This document shows, piece after piece, positions 1 to 7,888 of a stretch of DNA of 64,000 nt. The translations under genes and the position numbers were made by a program. Location: IMG/VR virus record IMGVR_UViG_3300042197_002946, positions 1 to 64,000 of that record. One strand, 5' to 3'. The notes under the pieces were generated by a model, which saw only the letters and a program-made list of their open reading frames with translations, was not told where the DNA came from and ran no database searches. The DNA is from a virus. Position 1 is the stretch's first letter, and the number at the start of each line of letters is the position of its first letter.

Positions 1-10
1 ATTTTGTTCG

Positions 11-88
11 TAAGTCGTTGTGGCATAAGCACTTACGACGCGGCGGGCCGGCCACCCTCGCCCTAAGTCATTGGCAGTCAACAACTTA
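11..88. repeat. 78-bp bipartite palindromic repeat, copy R1
   Basis: TAAGTCGTTG-N5-TAAGCACTTA (11-35), 28-bp GC-rich core, TAAGTCATTG-N5-CAACAACTTA (64-88). Confidence 0.95.
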
Positions 89-119
89 GAGCGATTGGCT
101 TTATTCGGCCTCAATAGGC

Positions 120-605
120 TCATCTTCTAAAAAACTCACCCATATTATATTCATCCCACAAACGCTTAGGAATCATATCGTGATGGGTATATTCCACATA
201 ATGATCCTCCCCATCCTGCCACAATCCACAGTAAGCCATACCCGGTTCCCAGTATGTAGCCTCAACCTTGAAGCCCAACTCTACCAGTCGCTCATACAAA
301 CCGATAGGAGGAGCCCAAGCACTATCAAAAGTCATACTGGCCTGATTGCCCACAATCGTAGGATTCAACCCATGAGCCTCATTATTATCACTACCAATAT
401 CCCACTTAGTACCCCAGTTATTCACACACCAGTTATACCAATAATCCGGGTGTTTATCGTCTGTAATCAACTCACCATTACCATCTCTTGGAACTGGCAA
501 ATAATGATCACAAACCTTACCTTCCTTATAGGCATGGACAAACTCCATTACCTTAGCCCTATCTTCATGCTCAATAGTCAGATTGTTAGAACACCAGTTT
601 GGCAT
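120..605 (-). CDS. Api92-like / DUF1281 ferredoxin-like domain protein
   Basis: MPNWCxN start, WYxW...NWGTKWD, FDSAWAPP, YWEPGM motifs; own promoter at 629-657. Confidence 0.75.
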   Translation of the reverse strand: MPNWCSNNLTIEHEDRAKVMEFVHAYKEGKVCDHYLPVPRDGNGELITDDKHPDYWYNWCVNNWGTKWDIGSDNNEAHGLNPTIVGNQASMTFDSAWAPPIGLYERLVELGFKVEATYWEPGMAYCGLWQDGEDHYVEYTHHDMIPKRLWDEYNMGEFFRR

Positions 606-659
606 TTTTCTTCCCTTTCTTTCCTTACATTCTATCTTACTATTATCGACTTGTCAACC

Positions 660-854
660 CTAGGACTTGAGAGTTTCGCTGACTACAGCCACCCCAGCCA
701 AATCCGTAGGATTAGCAGAGACTAGACTACGCTCCAGAAAAATATCACAACCATATTTATTGTTGGCTTTGATATAGGCGTCATATTCGCTATACGCCTC
801 AACATAACCCGCAATCCTACAGTTTTTCCACACAGTCCAACTATACATTTGCAT
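660..854 (-). CDS. hypothetical protein (probable start MQMYSW)
   Basis: GAGGTG SD before ATG at 854; promoter 873-901. Confidence 0.65.
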   Translation of the reverse strand: MQMYSWTVWKNCRIAGYVEAYSEYDAYIKANNKYGCDIFLERSLVSANPTDLAGVAVVSETLKS

Positions 855-920
855 TTCACACCTCATGAGCCTATCCTACCATAGTATCGGTAAACTGTCA
901 AGAGAAACTTGAACTAATCG

Positions 921-998
921 TAAAGTGTTGATAAATAAGGACTTACGATAAAAGCGGCCCCGCCGCCCCGCCCTAAGTCATTGGTATACAACAACTTA
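921..998. repeat. 78-bp repeat R2
   Basis: sites at 921-945 and 974-998, 53-bp offset. Confidence 0.9.
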
Positions 999-1028
999 GG
1001 GTCAGGGGTTAGGGCGAGCAGGATGATT

Positions 1029-1433
1029 TTACAGAAGATGGGCCAAACCCGCCTTAAAGAATGCACCAGCCAGCAACGGCTTACGGCAGTTCGTAGTACG
1101 CTCTGCATAGAAGTTACGCACACTGCCGTTAGGCATAGCACACGTTACCAGATGCGAGGTACGCTGAAACTGCGGATCATCACGACGATACCGGCTTCGG
1201 GCATTGAGCCTACGAATCGCAGCCTCGTCAAGGGTGTGAACGTCCAGCACCTTAGCCAGAAACCGCTCAGGATCACCCGCCAACGGCTGTTCATAAGTGA
1301 AGTTGAAAATATCTCCACGCTTGGCAGTCTTCATAGAGGCACGAACGCCACCATAAATACTATACGCACCAAACGCAACCAAACCAGCAGCAACCAAAGC
1401 AAACAAACCAGAAAGAACAATCCAATCGCTCAT
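1029..1433 (-). CDS. membrane-anchored hypothetical protein, possible WYL/SH3-like barrel
   Basis: N-terminal hydrophobic helix; FNFTY...R...RNFYAERT pattern; promoter 1472-1500. Confidence 0.65.
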   Translation of the reverse strand: MSDWIVLSGLFALVAAGLVAFGAYSIYGGVRASMKTAKRGDIFNFTYEQPLAGDPERFLAKVLDVHTLDEAAIRRLNARSRYRRDDPQFQRTSHLVTCAMPNGSVRNFYAERTTNCRKPLLAGAFFKAGLAHLL

Positions 1434-1496
1434 ACTAAACCCTTTCGTTTTGAAACCCTAAACCTACCATCAGTCTACCACAGGATCGACACCGTG

Positions 1497-1802
1497 TCAA
1501 CCCCCAACCAATACCATTTTGTCTTCAAACGGCGTACCATCACGCAGGAACCATTCATAGTTTTTCTGGTACACACTGACCGGACTATACTTGTTGATAC
1601 GCTTTTTGGTAGTGTGCGTCCGCCACCCGCCACTGTTCAACTGTACCAGTCCGTTTTCAAAAAGTCGCACCACTACCGTACCATGCAAGGCGATAGAAAC
1701 ACTACCATCATATTCGATATAGGCATAGGTGTTGTTTCCAATCTTTCGCTCTTTGCGATTAGTCTTACCACGAATCATCGAAACTGCTTCAGCGTGTGTC
1801 AT
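1497..1802 (-). CDS. phage hypothetical protein
   Basis: LHGT...LNSGGWRTHTTKKRIN motif familiar from phage hypotheticals; AAAGGG leader; promoter 1827-1855. Confidence 0.75.
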   Translation of the reverse strand: MTHAEAVSMIRGKTNRKERKIGNNTYAYIEYDGSVSIALHGTVVVRLFENGLVQLNSGGWRTHTTKKRINKYSPVSVYQKNYEWFLRDGTPFEDKMVLVGG

Positions 1803-1885
1803 ATTCTTTTCCCTTTCGTTTCACTAAGTCTACATCTATTATCGGCACTTGTCAAGCAGTATCTTTAGAAAAATCTTTTTTGTCG

Positions 1886-1963
1886 CAAGTCGTTGCAGCA
1901 TAAGCACTTACGTCGAGCGCGGCCGGCCCACTGCTATCTAAGTGCTTTAGCAGTAAGGGTTTA
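1886..1963. repeat. 78-bp repeat R3
   Basis: sites at 1886-1910 and 1939-1963. Confidence 0.95.
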
Positions 1964-1965
1964 CG

Positions 1966-2283
1966 TCAATCTTCTTTCCACGGATACCGATTCGCAGTTC
2001 CATAAAAATCATACAGATACTTGAATCGTTCATCTTTATAGCGCTCATATGTCTGTATCAGATCACGAACACCGCACTGATACAATATAGAGTTAGTCAT
2101 CTTATCCCAAGAATAGTTTCGGTAGCCATCCTTGGTAATCATGGTAACAAAGCCGTTACCAAACTTCATAATCGTACCCCACACATCCTTACCATGATAG
2201 GTAAAGTTTAGGGTATTGCTCAACCAATAAGGCCAATAAGGATTAGTACCGTTCATATTTGATATCTCCATCCGTTTCATCAA
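1966..2283 (-). CDS. hypothetical protein (start uncertain)
   Basis: ORF co-oriented with array; stop 2 bp from R3. Confidence 0.6.
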   Translation of the reverse strand: MMKRMEISNMNGTNPYWPYWLSNTLNFTYHGKDVWGTIMKFGNGFVTMITKDGYRNYSWDKMTNSILYQCGVRDLIQTYERYKDERFKYLYDFYGTANRYPWKED

Positions 2284-2467
2284 TACCCAATGCTGCGCCT
2301 ACCCCATAGTCGCCGTCAGCCACCCTAGCCTGTCGTCCAAGAATAAACTCCTGAGCATCCGCATAATTATCAAACCCATAAGGAGGATCTGGATAGAAAG
2401 CAATCCAACCATCCTTTCCAATGCGTTCACCATCATACTGTCCACCACAAACAGTCACCACAAACAT
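2243..2467 (-). CDS. hypothetical protein (probable start MFVVTV)
   Basis: AGGAG SD before ATG at 2467. Confidence 0.65.
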   Translation of the reverse strand: MFVVTVCGGQYDGERIGKDGWIAFYPDPPYGFDNYADAQEFILGRQARVADGDYGVGAALGIDETDGDIKYERY

Positions 2468-2468
2468 C

Positions 2469-2672
2469 TTATACTCCTGCTGGCCTATAGTGCTTTTGCA
2501 TAGCCATACGCACATCGTTCAATGTACGATAGTGACCAACATAGGTCAACGGCGGCTCCAAATAATACAACACAAAATGATTCCAATCAAGAGGCTTTTT
2601 GATGTATACTACCCTAAAACCCATCAATTGAGCATCAAATGTTAGATCGTCAATTTCTTGTTGTCTCAACAT
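2469..2672 (-). CDS. hypothetical protein
   Basis: AGGAG SD, tightly packed in operon. Confidence 0.65.
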   Translation of the reverse strand: MLRQQEIDDLTFDAQLMGFRVVYIKKPLDWNHFVLYYLEPPLTYVGHYRTLNDVRMAMQKHYRPAGV

Positions 2673-2681
2673 AATTATCTC

Positions 2682-2840
2682 CTAACCAAACAACTCATAT
2701 TCTTCATCGGTCAACGCTACTTCATCAGGACGATAGCAGTTATCACCATACAACTCACGATTAGTAGGACGCTTTTCCCACTCATCCATGAACCGATTGT
2801 ATTCTGCGATCAGTTCTCTTTCTTCTTCACTCTTACTCAT
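2682..2840 (-). CDS. 52-aa acidic protein, not in ORF track (MSKSEEERELIAEYNRF...)
   Basis: translated by hand; purine-rich leader; promoter 2875-2903. Confidence 0.65.
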   Translation of the reverse strand: MSKSEEERELIAEYNRFMDEWEKRPTNRELYGDNCYRPDEVALTDEEYELFG

Positions 2841-2924
2841 CTTTCACTTTCTTTCTTCTACTACTATTATCGACATTCTAGCATGGGAACTTTAGTTTGT
2901 CAAGCAGATTTTTCGGATTTGCTC

Positions 2925-3002
2925 TAAGTCGTTAGTGGATAAGCACTTACGTTAACGGCGGCCGGCCCGCTTCGCCGTAAGTGCTTACAGCGTAACGAGT
3001 TA
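2925..3002. repeat. 78-bp repeat R4
   Basis: sites at 2925-2949 and 2978-3002. Confidence 0.95.
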
Positions 3003-3006
3003 GATA

Positions 3007-3552
3007 CTAGATCACCTTACTAATATTGCTTTTGGTAAAGGGAACCCAGATACCTTCCTGGCCACGAGCCTTACAATGCCTACGATTTCTACTGAAAGCA
3101 ATACTGTAATCACTATCCCTCGCCACCCAAGTTGCCCAAGTAGAAATAAACTCTTTAGCCTTATCTCCACCGATCTGGATGCTAGTACCCTCTTTACCTA
3201 CAAAAACTAACACAATAAGATCAAACTGATTAGGCTTTATGTTCGGGAAAATATACTGTTTTCTTTCTTCTGATGATTTTACTTCCACGTTCAACCATTT
3301 GTCTTTGATTTTTACCAGCAGATCACAACTCTCTTGACCCTTCAACACTTGTGCAGGATAGCCCATTTTTCTAAATAAGTCGGCAACCAGAAATTCGCAC
3401 TTTCGCCCCTTCTGATGCCCACTACTATACAAATTTTGTGAGACAGGATCAATCACGCTATCATCGGCACCTTCTACAGAGTCATACCATTTCATGGCCT
3501 GCGTAAACTGACGCTGAGAAACAAAACCGGGAATTTTTGCTGTAGCGGGCAT
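3007..3552 (-). CDS. PD-(D/E)XK endonuclease-like protein
   Basis: GRKCE...CDLLV...VEVKSS...FDLIVLV; sole gene between R4 and R5. Confidence 0.65.
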   Translation of the reverse strand: MPATAKIPGFVSQRQFTQAMKWYDSVEGADDSVIDPVSQNLYSSGHQKGRKCEFLVADLFRKMGYPAQVLKGQESCDLLVKIKDKWLNVEVKSSEERKQYIFPNIKPNQFDLIVLVFVGKEGTSIQIGGDKAKEFISTWATWVARDSDYSIAFSRNRRHCKARGQEGIWVPFTKSNISKVI

Positions 3553-3647
3553 CTTACTTTCCTTTTTAGTGATGGCTCAATGCGGCTAGTATAATAGACA
3601 TATCGGTAATGTCAAGCACTAAAAATAAGAAAATTTAGAATTTGGCC

Positions 3648-3725
3648 TAAGTCGTTGTCGTATAAGCACTTACGTCAAAATCGGCCGGCCCGCCGCGTCG
3701 TAAGTCATTACGCAGCAAGGGTTTA
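3648..3725. repeat. 78-bp repeat R5
   Basis: sites at 3648-3672 and 3701-3725. Confidence 0.95.
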
Positions 3726-3727
3726 GG

Positions 3728-3799
3728 TCAACAGATAAAGTAAGCGAAAACCAACCCCAGGAAAAAGCCCGTACTAATGATCTTCTGTTCCGGTGTCAT
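3728..3799 (-). CDS. 23-aa hydrophobic microprotein (MTPEQKIISTGFFLGLVFAYFIC)
   Basis: GGAGG SD; stop 2 bp from R5. Confidence 0.5.
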   Translation of the reverse strand: MTPEQKIISTGFFLGLVFAYFIC

Positions 3800-3896
3800 T
3801 CTGTCCTCCATGAATAATATCGCAAAGACTCCACGCAAAGATAAACCCACACACATAACCGAAAATCACACTAATAAAGTCAATCTCAACTGGCAT
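3774..3896 (-). CDS. 40-aa single-TM microprotein (MPVEIDFISVIFGYVCGFIFAW...)
   Basis: GGAGG SD; translated by hand. Confidence 0.55.
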   Translation of the reverse strand: MPVEIDFISVIFGYVCGFIFAWSLCDIIHGGQNDTGTEDH

Positions 3897-4083
3897 AGGA
3901 AACCTCCGTGTAACTAAAACTTTCTACTTCACCTATAAGACTTTCCAACGCACCCGATACTGCCACAAGATTTTCGTATCGGTCAACTGCTTCGCTTAGG
4001 TCAATCGCTGGTACACTCACCACGCAACTGTTATAGGGTGTTCCATCCACAGTTTCAATATCGGTACACTTATAGTAACGCAT
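3886..4083 (-). CDS. hypothetical protein
   Basis: GGAG SD, TAATG coupling to upstream gene. Confidence 0.65.
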   Translation of the reverse strand: MRYYKCTDIETVDGTPYNSCVVSVPAIDLSEAVDRYENLVAVSGALESLIGEVESFSYTEVSYAS

Positions 4084-4484
4084 TAGAAATTCTCCGTAAA
4101 GTCAACACTAATCCCAAGTTGTTCTTGAACATCTGAGTCAGTAAGTATATCTTCGGAAATCATAAAGTCAAGGTCATCGAAAAATATTTCCAACTCCGGT
4201 TCACCATCATAGATCATTTGGAGTGCAAATTCGTACAGCATAAAATATGCCGTTGCCTGAACCCACGACGGCACTATACCCGAATGAAGTTCAATAGTGT
4301 CTCTATTAGAATAGACATACTCTATTGCGGCACATTTGGTATTATCATTCATATCACGCCATACTGGAATCCCTTTATTATATTTATTTAGTTCATAAGA
4401 TAACTGATTACGATTTTGCCAGTCTATATAGTCTGCGTATGTATACTCAATCATCGCCGTTGCTACTTTACGATAGTTCATCAA
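4083..4484 (-). CDS. hypothetical protein, acidic C-terminus
   Basis: overlaps stop of upstream gene, GGAGG SD. Confidence 0.7.
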   Translation of the reverse strand: MMNYRKVATAMIEYTYADYIDWQNRNQLSYELNKYNKGIPVWRDMNDNTKCAAIEYVYSNRDTIELHSGIVPSWVQATAYFMLYEFALQMIYDGEPELEIFFDDLDFMISEDILTDSDVQEQLGISVDFTENF

Positions 4485-4771
4485 TAGTCCTCCCCATAGT
4501 AACCGTAGTCCTCATCTGTTCCCCATCCAGCGTCACGCATGGCACTGTCAAAATCCCCATCCATACTATCATCATATTCATCACACCAAACATCATCTTC
4601 CTCCTCATCCCAACCATCATCATCCGTATGCGTCGAAAGTTCATGGGCCGCATCGGGATGATAGTTGCTACTGTCCTCGTCGAAAAAATCATCATGGTCA
4701 TCATAGTTATAGGCCATATCATCATCCTCGTAAGAGTTATCGGGATCGTAGCACGGGTCAGGATGGCTCAT
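4481..4771 (-). CDS. very acidic Asp-rich protein
   Basis: D/E-rich, C-terminal DGDFDSAMRDAGWGTDEDYG; promoter 4805-4833. Confidence 0.75.
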   Translation of the reverse strand: MSHPDPCYDPDNSYEDDDMAYNYDDHDDFFDEDSSNYHPDAAHELSTHTDDDGWDEEEDDVWCDEYDDSMDGDFDSAMRDAGWGTDEDYGYYGEDY

Positions 4772-4835
4772 TTTTTTCTCTCTCTTTCTTTCTTAGTTAT
4801 CGACAGTCTACCAGAAAAACTTTAGGTTGTCAAGA

Positions 4836-5045
4836 CTACCACCGATTGCGGCGGCACTCTTCTTGCCATGCCCGATCTTCTTCGATCTGGCGACGGGTTA
4901 CAGCCGGGCCGTATCCTTCTTCATATGCGTCACGGGCAGCATCATACCCGTCATCACTATTTTCCATCGGTTCGCAATGCTCCTTGCAACGCGAGCAAAT
5001 GTCACCACGATAGATCACAACTCCACAGCAATCACTCAACATCAT
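4836..5045 (-). CDS. small Cys-rich (zinc-finger-like) protein
   Basis: SDCCG...DICSRCKEHC; promoter 5068-5096. Confidence 0.7.
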   Translation of the reverse strand: MMLSDCCGVVIYRGDICSRCKEHCEPMENSDDGYDAARDAYEEGYGPAVTRRQIEEDRAWQEECRRNRW

Positions 5046-5127
5046 TCACCTTCTCTTTCTTACTCGTATCCTACAATACTATTATCGGCTTGTCAAGCAC
5101 TAAATCTTGAGAAAAATATTTTTGTTG

Positions 5128-5205
5128 TAAGTTGTTGGCAGATAAGCACTTACGTCGAGCGCGGCCGGCCCGCCGTTTCGTAAGTCCTTATTTATCAAGA
5201 CTTTA
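5128..5205. repeat. 78-bp repeat R6
   Basis: sites at 5128-5152 and 5181-5205. Confidence 0.95.
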
Positions 5206-5249
5206 CGCTGGCTATAGCCTATCTTGCCAGCCGGCAGGCTTAGGTAAGA

Positions 5250-5408
5250 CTACCAGCAGTCGTTAATAGCCTTACGATTCTGATCTTGGCGTGTGCGTTG
5301 TCGCTTAGGGCGACTGTCCATCTGTCCAGCACCGGACAAGTGTGCGTTGTGTCCCTTGCCCAGTTTCCACAGTGGACGCACGTTCAGTTTAAGTGTCTGC
5401 TTTTTCAT
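5250..5408 (-). CDS. 52-aa basic protein, not in ORF track (MKKQTLKLNVRPLWKLGKGH...RPKRQRTR...)
   Basis: TGATG coupling with upstream gene, GGAGG SD. Confidence 0.6.
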   Translation of the reverse strand: MKKQTLKLNVRPLWKLGKGHNAHLSGAGQMDSRPKRQRTRQDQNRKAINDCW

Positions 5409-5611
5409 CACTCCTCCCATCCGTAGTACGGGTCGTTATCCGGCTCATCATAGTAATCGTCCGGAAGGTCGATAGGTTCGTCGGCATCGTCCTCCCACCT
5501 GTCTGCCCACCAGTTATCTTCCGCTTCTTCGGCTTCGGGAACATACGGGTCTTCCGACCAGTTGCCGATATAGGATTCCATGTAGGAGTCGAGAAAGGAA
5601 TCTTCGTTCAT
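5408..5611 (-). CDS. very acidic protein (probable start MNEDSF)
   Basis: promoter 5652-5680 lies inside the longer called ORF; GGAGA SD before ATG at 5611. Confidence 0.7.
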   Translation of the reverse strand: MNEDSFLDSYMESYIGNWSEDPYVPEAEEAEDNWWADRWEDDADEPIDLPDDYYDEPDNDPYYGWEE

Positions 5612-5710
5612 AGCGAAACTCTCCAAAAGGTGGTGTTGTTGAACTGTGCCTAGTCTACACCTATTATCGTCGCTTGTCAAGTATCGTCTTTAGAAAAATA
5701 CCAATCGATG

Positions 5711-5788
5711 TAAGTCATTGATATATAAGTACTTAGGTCGAGCGCGGCCGGCCCGCCGCGTCGTAAGTCCTTACGCGGCAAGGGGTTA
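5711..5788. repeat. 78-bp repeat R7
   Basis: sites at 5711-5735 and 5764-5788; last 3 bp supply the TAA stop of 5786..5995. Confidence 0.95.
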
Positions 5789-5995
5789 CCGAACCTCTTC
5801 ACACCCGGCCCTACAATCCTGCATCACATTGCTCTGAATACACCTCCAGAGCCTGCCAGTTTCAAATGTGGCTACACAATTCATTGCCCCATGCACCTTA
5901 CAATGTGGTGTAGCGGCCACCTTATCGTGAGTGGTCTTGATTTCGACCAAATCGAAACGCGAGTTGTTATCGTTGATCGGCTTTATCTTCATCAT
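5786..5995 (-). CDS. small Cys/His (metal-binding) protein
   Basis: PHCKVHGAM...WRC...CRAGC. Confidence 0.65.
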   Translation of the reverse strand: MMKIKPINDNNSRFDLVEIKTTHDKVAATPHCKVHGAMNCVATFETGRLWRCIQSNVMQDCRAGCEEVR

Positions 5996-6128
5996 GAATA
6001 TACCATTGGTACAGAGTCGTACTGGCTAATTTCTTTAGATCGTCACTAAGGCTGTCGATAGCGAAAGTGGCTTCTTCGCTATCGACATCGGGGATTTCTG
6101 GAAAATCGAAGACGACATACACTTTCAT
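5967..6128 (-). CDS. 53-aa protein, not in ORF track (MKVYVVFDFPEIPDVDSEE...)
   Basis: AGGAGG SD; translated by hand. Confidence 0.6.
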   Translation of the reverse strand: MKVYVVFDFPEIPDVDSEEATFAIDSLSDDLKKLASTTLYQWYIHDEDKADQR

Positions 6129-6149
6129 TAGTGTTCCTCCTAGAGAGTA

Positions 6150-6242
6150 TCAGATACACTCACACTCATCGTGGTAGTGCCACCTACCGTCCGACCCGAA
6201 GTAATCGAACTCAACCCAAACGAACTCACTCTTCAGTCGCAT
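6150..6242 (-). CDS. 30-aa microprotein (MRLKSEFVWVEFDYFGSDGRWHYHDECECI)
   Basis: first ORF after promoter 6267-6295; GAGAGAG leader shared with other array genes. Confidence 0.5.
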   Translation of the reverse strand: MRLKSEFVWVEFDYFGSDGRWHYHDECECI

Positions 6243-6326
6243 CTTTCACTCTCTCTTTCTCTTCGTATTCTACACCCCTATTATCGTCCTGTCAATAGGG
6301 TGTTCTTGAGAAAATCTTTTTTGTCG

Positions 6327-6404
6327 CAAGTCGTTGGTACATAAGCACTTACGTCAAAATCGGCCGGCCCGCCGCGTCGTAAGTCCTTACGCAGCAAGGG
6401 GTTA
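6327..6404. repeat. 78-bp repeat R8
   Basis: sites at 6327-6351 and 6380-6404. Confidence 0.95.
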
Positions 6405-6406
6405 GG

Positions 6407-6670
6407 TTATCTCACAAGCCACGTTTCGCCGTGTTCGTCGATCATTTCCACAGCGTCGGCATACACTTCGTCGAAAATGTCCACACCCACCACTTCCGCC
6501 CAGTCAAGAGGGTGGCAAGTGTCCTCGTCGATAGGCTCCACAACCGGCTCCACAATTCCCTGCTCGGCCAGTTCGTCCAGAATCCGGTTCACATCTTCAA
6601 AATCGTTGAGCATCGTCTTCTCCCTGTGAAGTTCACCAATAAAGGCCATCATACTCGGAAAGTTGTTCAT
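6407..6670 (-). CDS. acidic hypothetical protein (start 6670 or 6613)
   Basis: stop 2 bp from R8; GGGAG SD before the 6613 ATG. Confidence 0.65.
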   Translation of the reverse strand: MNNFPSMMAFIGELHREKTMLNDFEDVNRILDELAEQGIVEPVVEPIDEDTCHPLDWAEVVGVDIFDEVYADAVEMIDEHGETWLVR

Positions 6671-6671
6671 G

Positions 6672-6758
6672 TCAACCCCTATCGTAAAGATAAACCGTAC
6701 AATAGAAAAATCCAACGTAAGACAATACAAAAGAGACACCGATCAGTATGTCGAGCAT
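6672..6758 (-). CDS. 28-aa single-TM microprotein (MLDILIGVSFVLSYVGFFYCTVYLYDRG)
   Basis: first ATG after promoter 6780-6808, AAGG leader. Confidence 0.5.
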   Translation of the reverse strand: MLDILIGVSFVLSYVGFFYCTVYLYDRG

Positions 6759-6797
6759 AACCTTTTCCTTTCTCTATTGATTCTACACACCTAAAAT

Positions 6798-6974
6798 CTA
6801 CTTGTCAATAGTTTTTTCCAAAATCGTATCCAAATAAATCTCCCGTTCAGTCACCACCCACCCATACTCACATCGAGGGGTATACACTCCAACATACAGT
6901 TTTCCACCATCCACACCTTCAAACCCCACACCATATCCTACCATACTGGCCAGCAAAAGCATAGTGATCATCAT
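6798..6974 (-). CDS. 58-aa protein with signal-peptide-like N-terminus, not in ORF track
   Basis: AAGGAG SD; MMITMLLLASMVG... Confidence 0.6.
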   Translation of the reverse strand: MMITMLLLASMVGYGVGFEGVDGGKLYVGVYTPRCEYGWVVTEREIYLDTILEKTIDK

Positions 6975-7037
6975 TTTTCTCCTTAGATATTATATCGGCC
7001 AACCCCCTAAATATCTTCACTAAAAATCCACAATCTC

Positions 7038-7115
7038 TAAGTCTTTATTCTGCAACAACTTACGTCGAGCGCGGCCGCGCCACCTTGCCGTAAGTGCTTT
7101 ACGGTCAAGGGTTTA
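7038..7115. repeat. 78-bp repeat R9
   Basis: sites at 7038-7062 and 7091-7115. Confidence 0.95.
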
Positions 7116-7117
7116 CG

Positions 7118-7330
7118 TCACGAAACTCCCATGTAAGAAGCATTTTCCGTACAATAGTCGTAGAACATATCGTTCAACACTTCTTCGTAGTTTTTGTCGG
7201 TCAAACGACGACGATCCATGGTAGACTCACACTCGGCAAAATACTTGCCGTTTTCTACCTCAAATACGATATTACAAGCATGGGCTTCACAACCCCAAAT
7301 CTTTCCTCTAGCCTTGATAAACTTCAACAT
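7118..7330 (-). CDS. hypothetical protein
   Basis: sole gene between R9 and R10; promoter 7357-7385; stop 2 bp from R9. Confidence 0.75.
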   Translation of the reverse strand: MLKFIKARGKIWGCEAHACNIVFEVENGKYFAECESTMDRRRLTDKNYEEVLNDMFYDYCTENASYMGVS

Positions 7331-7414
7331 CTGTTTCTCTCTTTCTGTGTGCTACGATTCTATACTACTTATCGGCCAATGTCAAGAGAATAGTTGAGAA
7401 AAAATTATTTGTGC

Positions 7415-7492
7415 TAAGTTGTTGCTATATAAGCACTTACAACAAAATCGGCCGCGCCGCCGTGTCGTAAGTCCTTACACGGCAAGAGTTTA
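7415..7492. repeat. 78-bp repeat R10
   Basis: sites at 7415-7439 and 7468-7492. Confidence 0.95.
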
Positions 7493-7495
7493 CGT

Positions 7496-7828
7496 TCAAT
7501 CCTTGAAAGCGAACGGGCTGATTTCCTCACCGTGTGCCATAATGGCAGCGTACTGTTCAGCCAGAGCATCTACCCTTTCCCGGCTTCCCGGCTTACCCAC
7601 CTTCACGATCATAGTATCATCACCCCCAATAAGGCGGGGATCGGCCTTCTCTGAACGTACCTTACCCAGACGACGCAATGCTTTGCGATTGAACTTCAAA
7701 ACTTTTTCCGATTGAATCGGGCCATACACACCATCGGCCAGCGTTGGCTGATGAGGAATAGCGATTCCAACAAAAGTCATACGGGCTTGAATCTTGGCGT
7801 TTTCGATGATGGGATACTTGGTTTTCAT
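7496..7828 (-). CDS. hypothetical protein (probable start MKTKYP)
   Basis: promoter 7854-7882 inside longer call; GAGAAAGAG leader. Confidence 0.7.
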   Translation of the reverse strand: MKTKYPIIENAKIQARMTFVGIAIPHQPTLADGVYGPIQSEKVLKFNRKALRRLGKVRSEKADPRLIGGDDTMIVKVGKPGSRERVDALAEQYAAIMAHGEEISPFAFKD

Positions 7829-7888
7829 CTCTTTCTCTCTTTCTTGTGAATGAAGTATAGACAGACAATCCGCAGGCGTCAATCCCCA

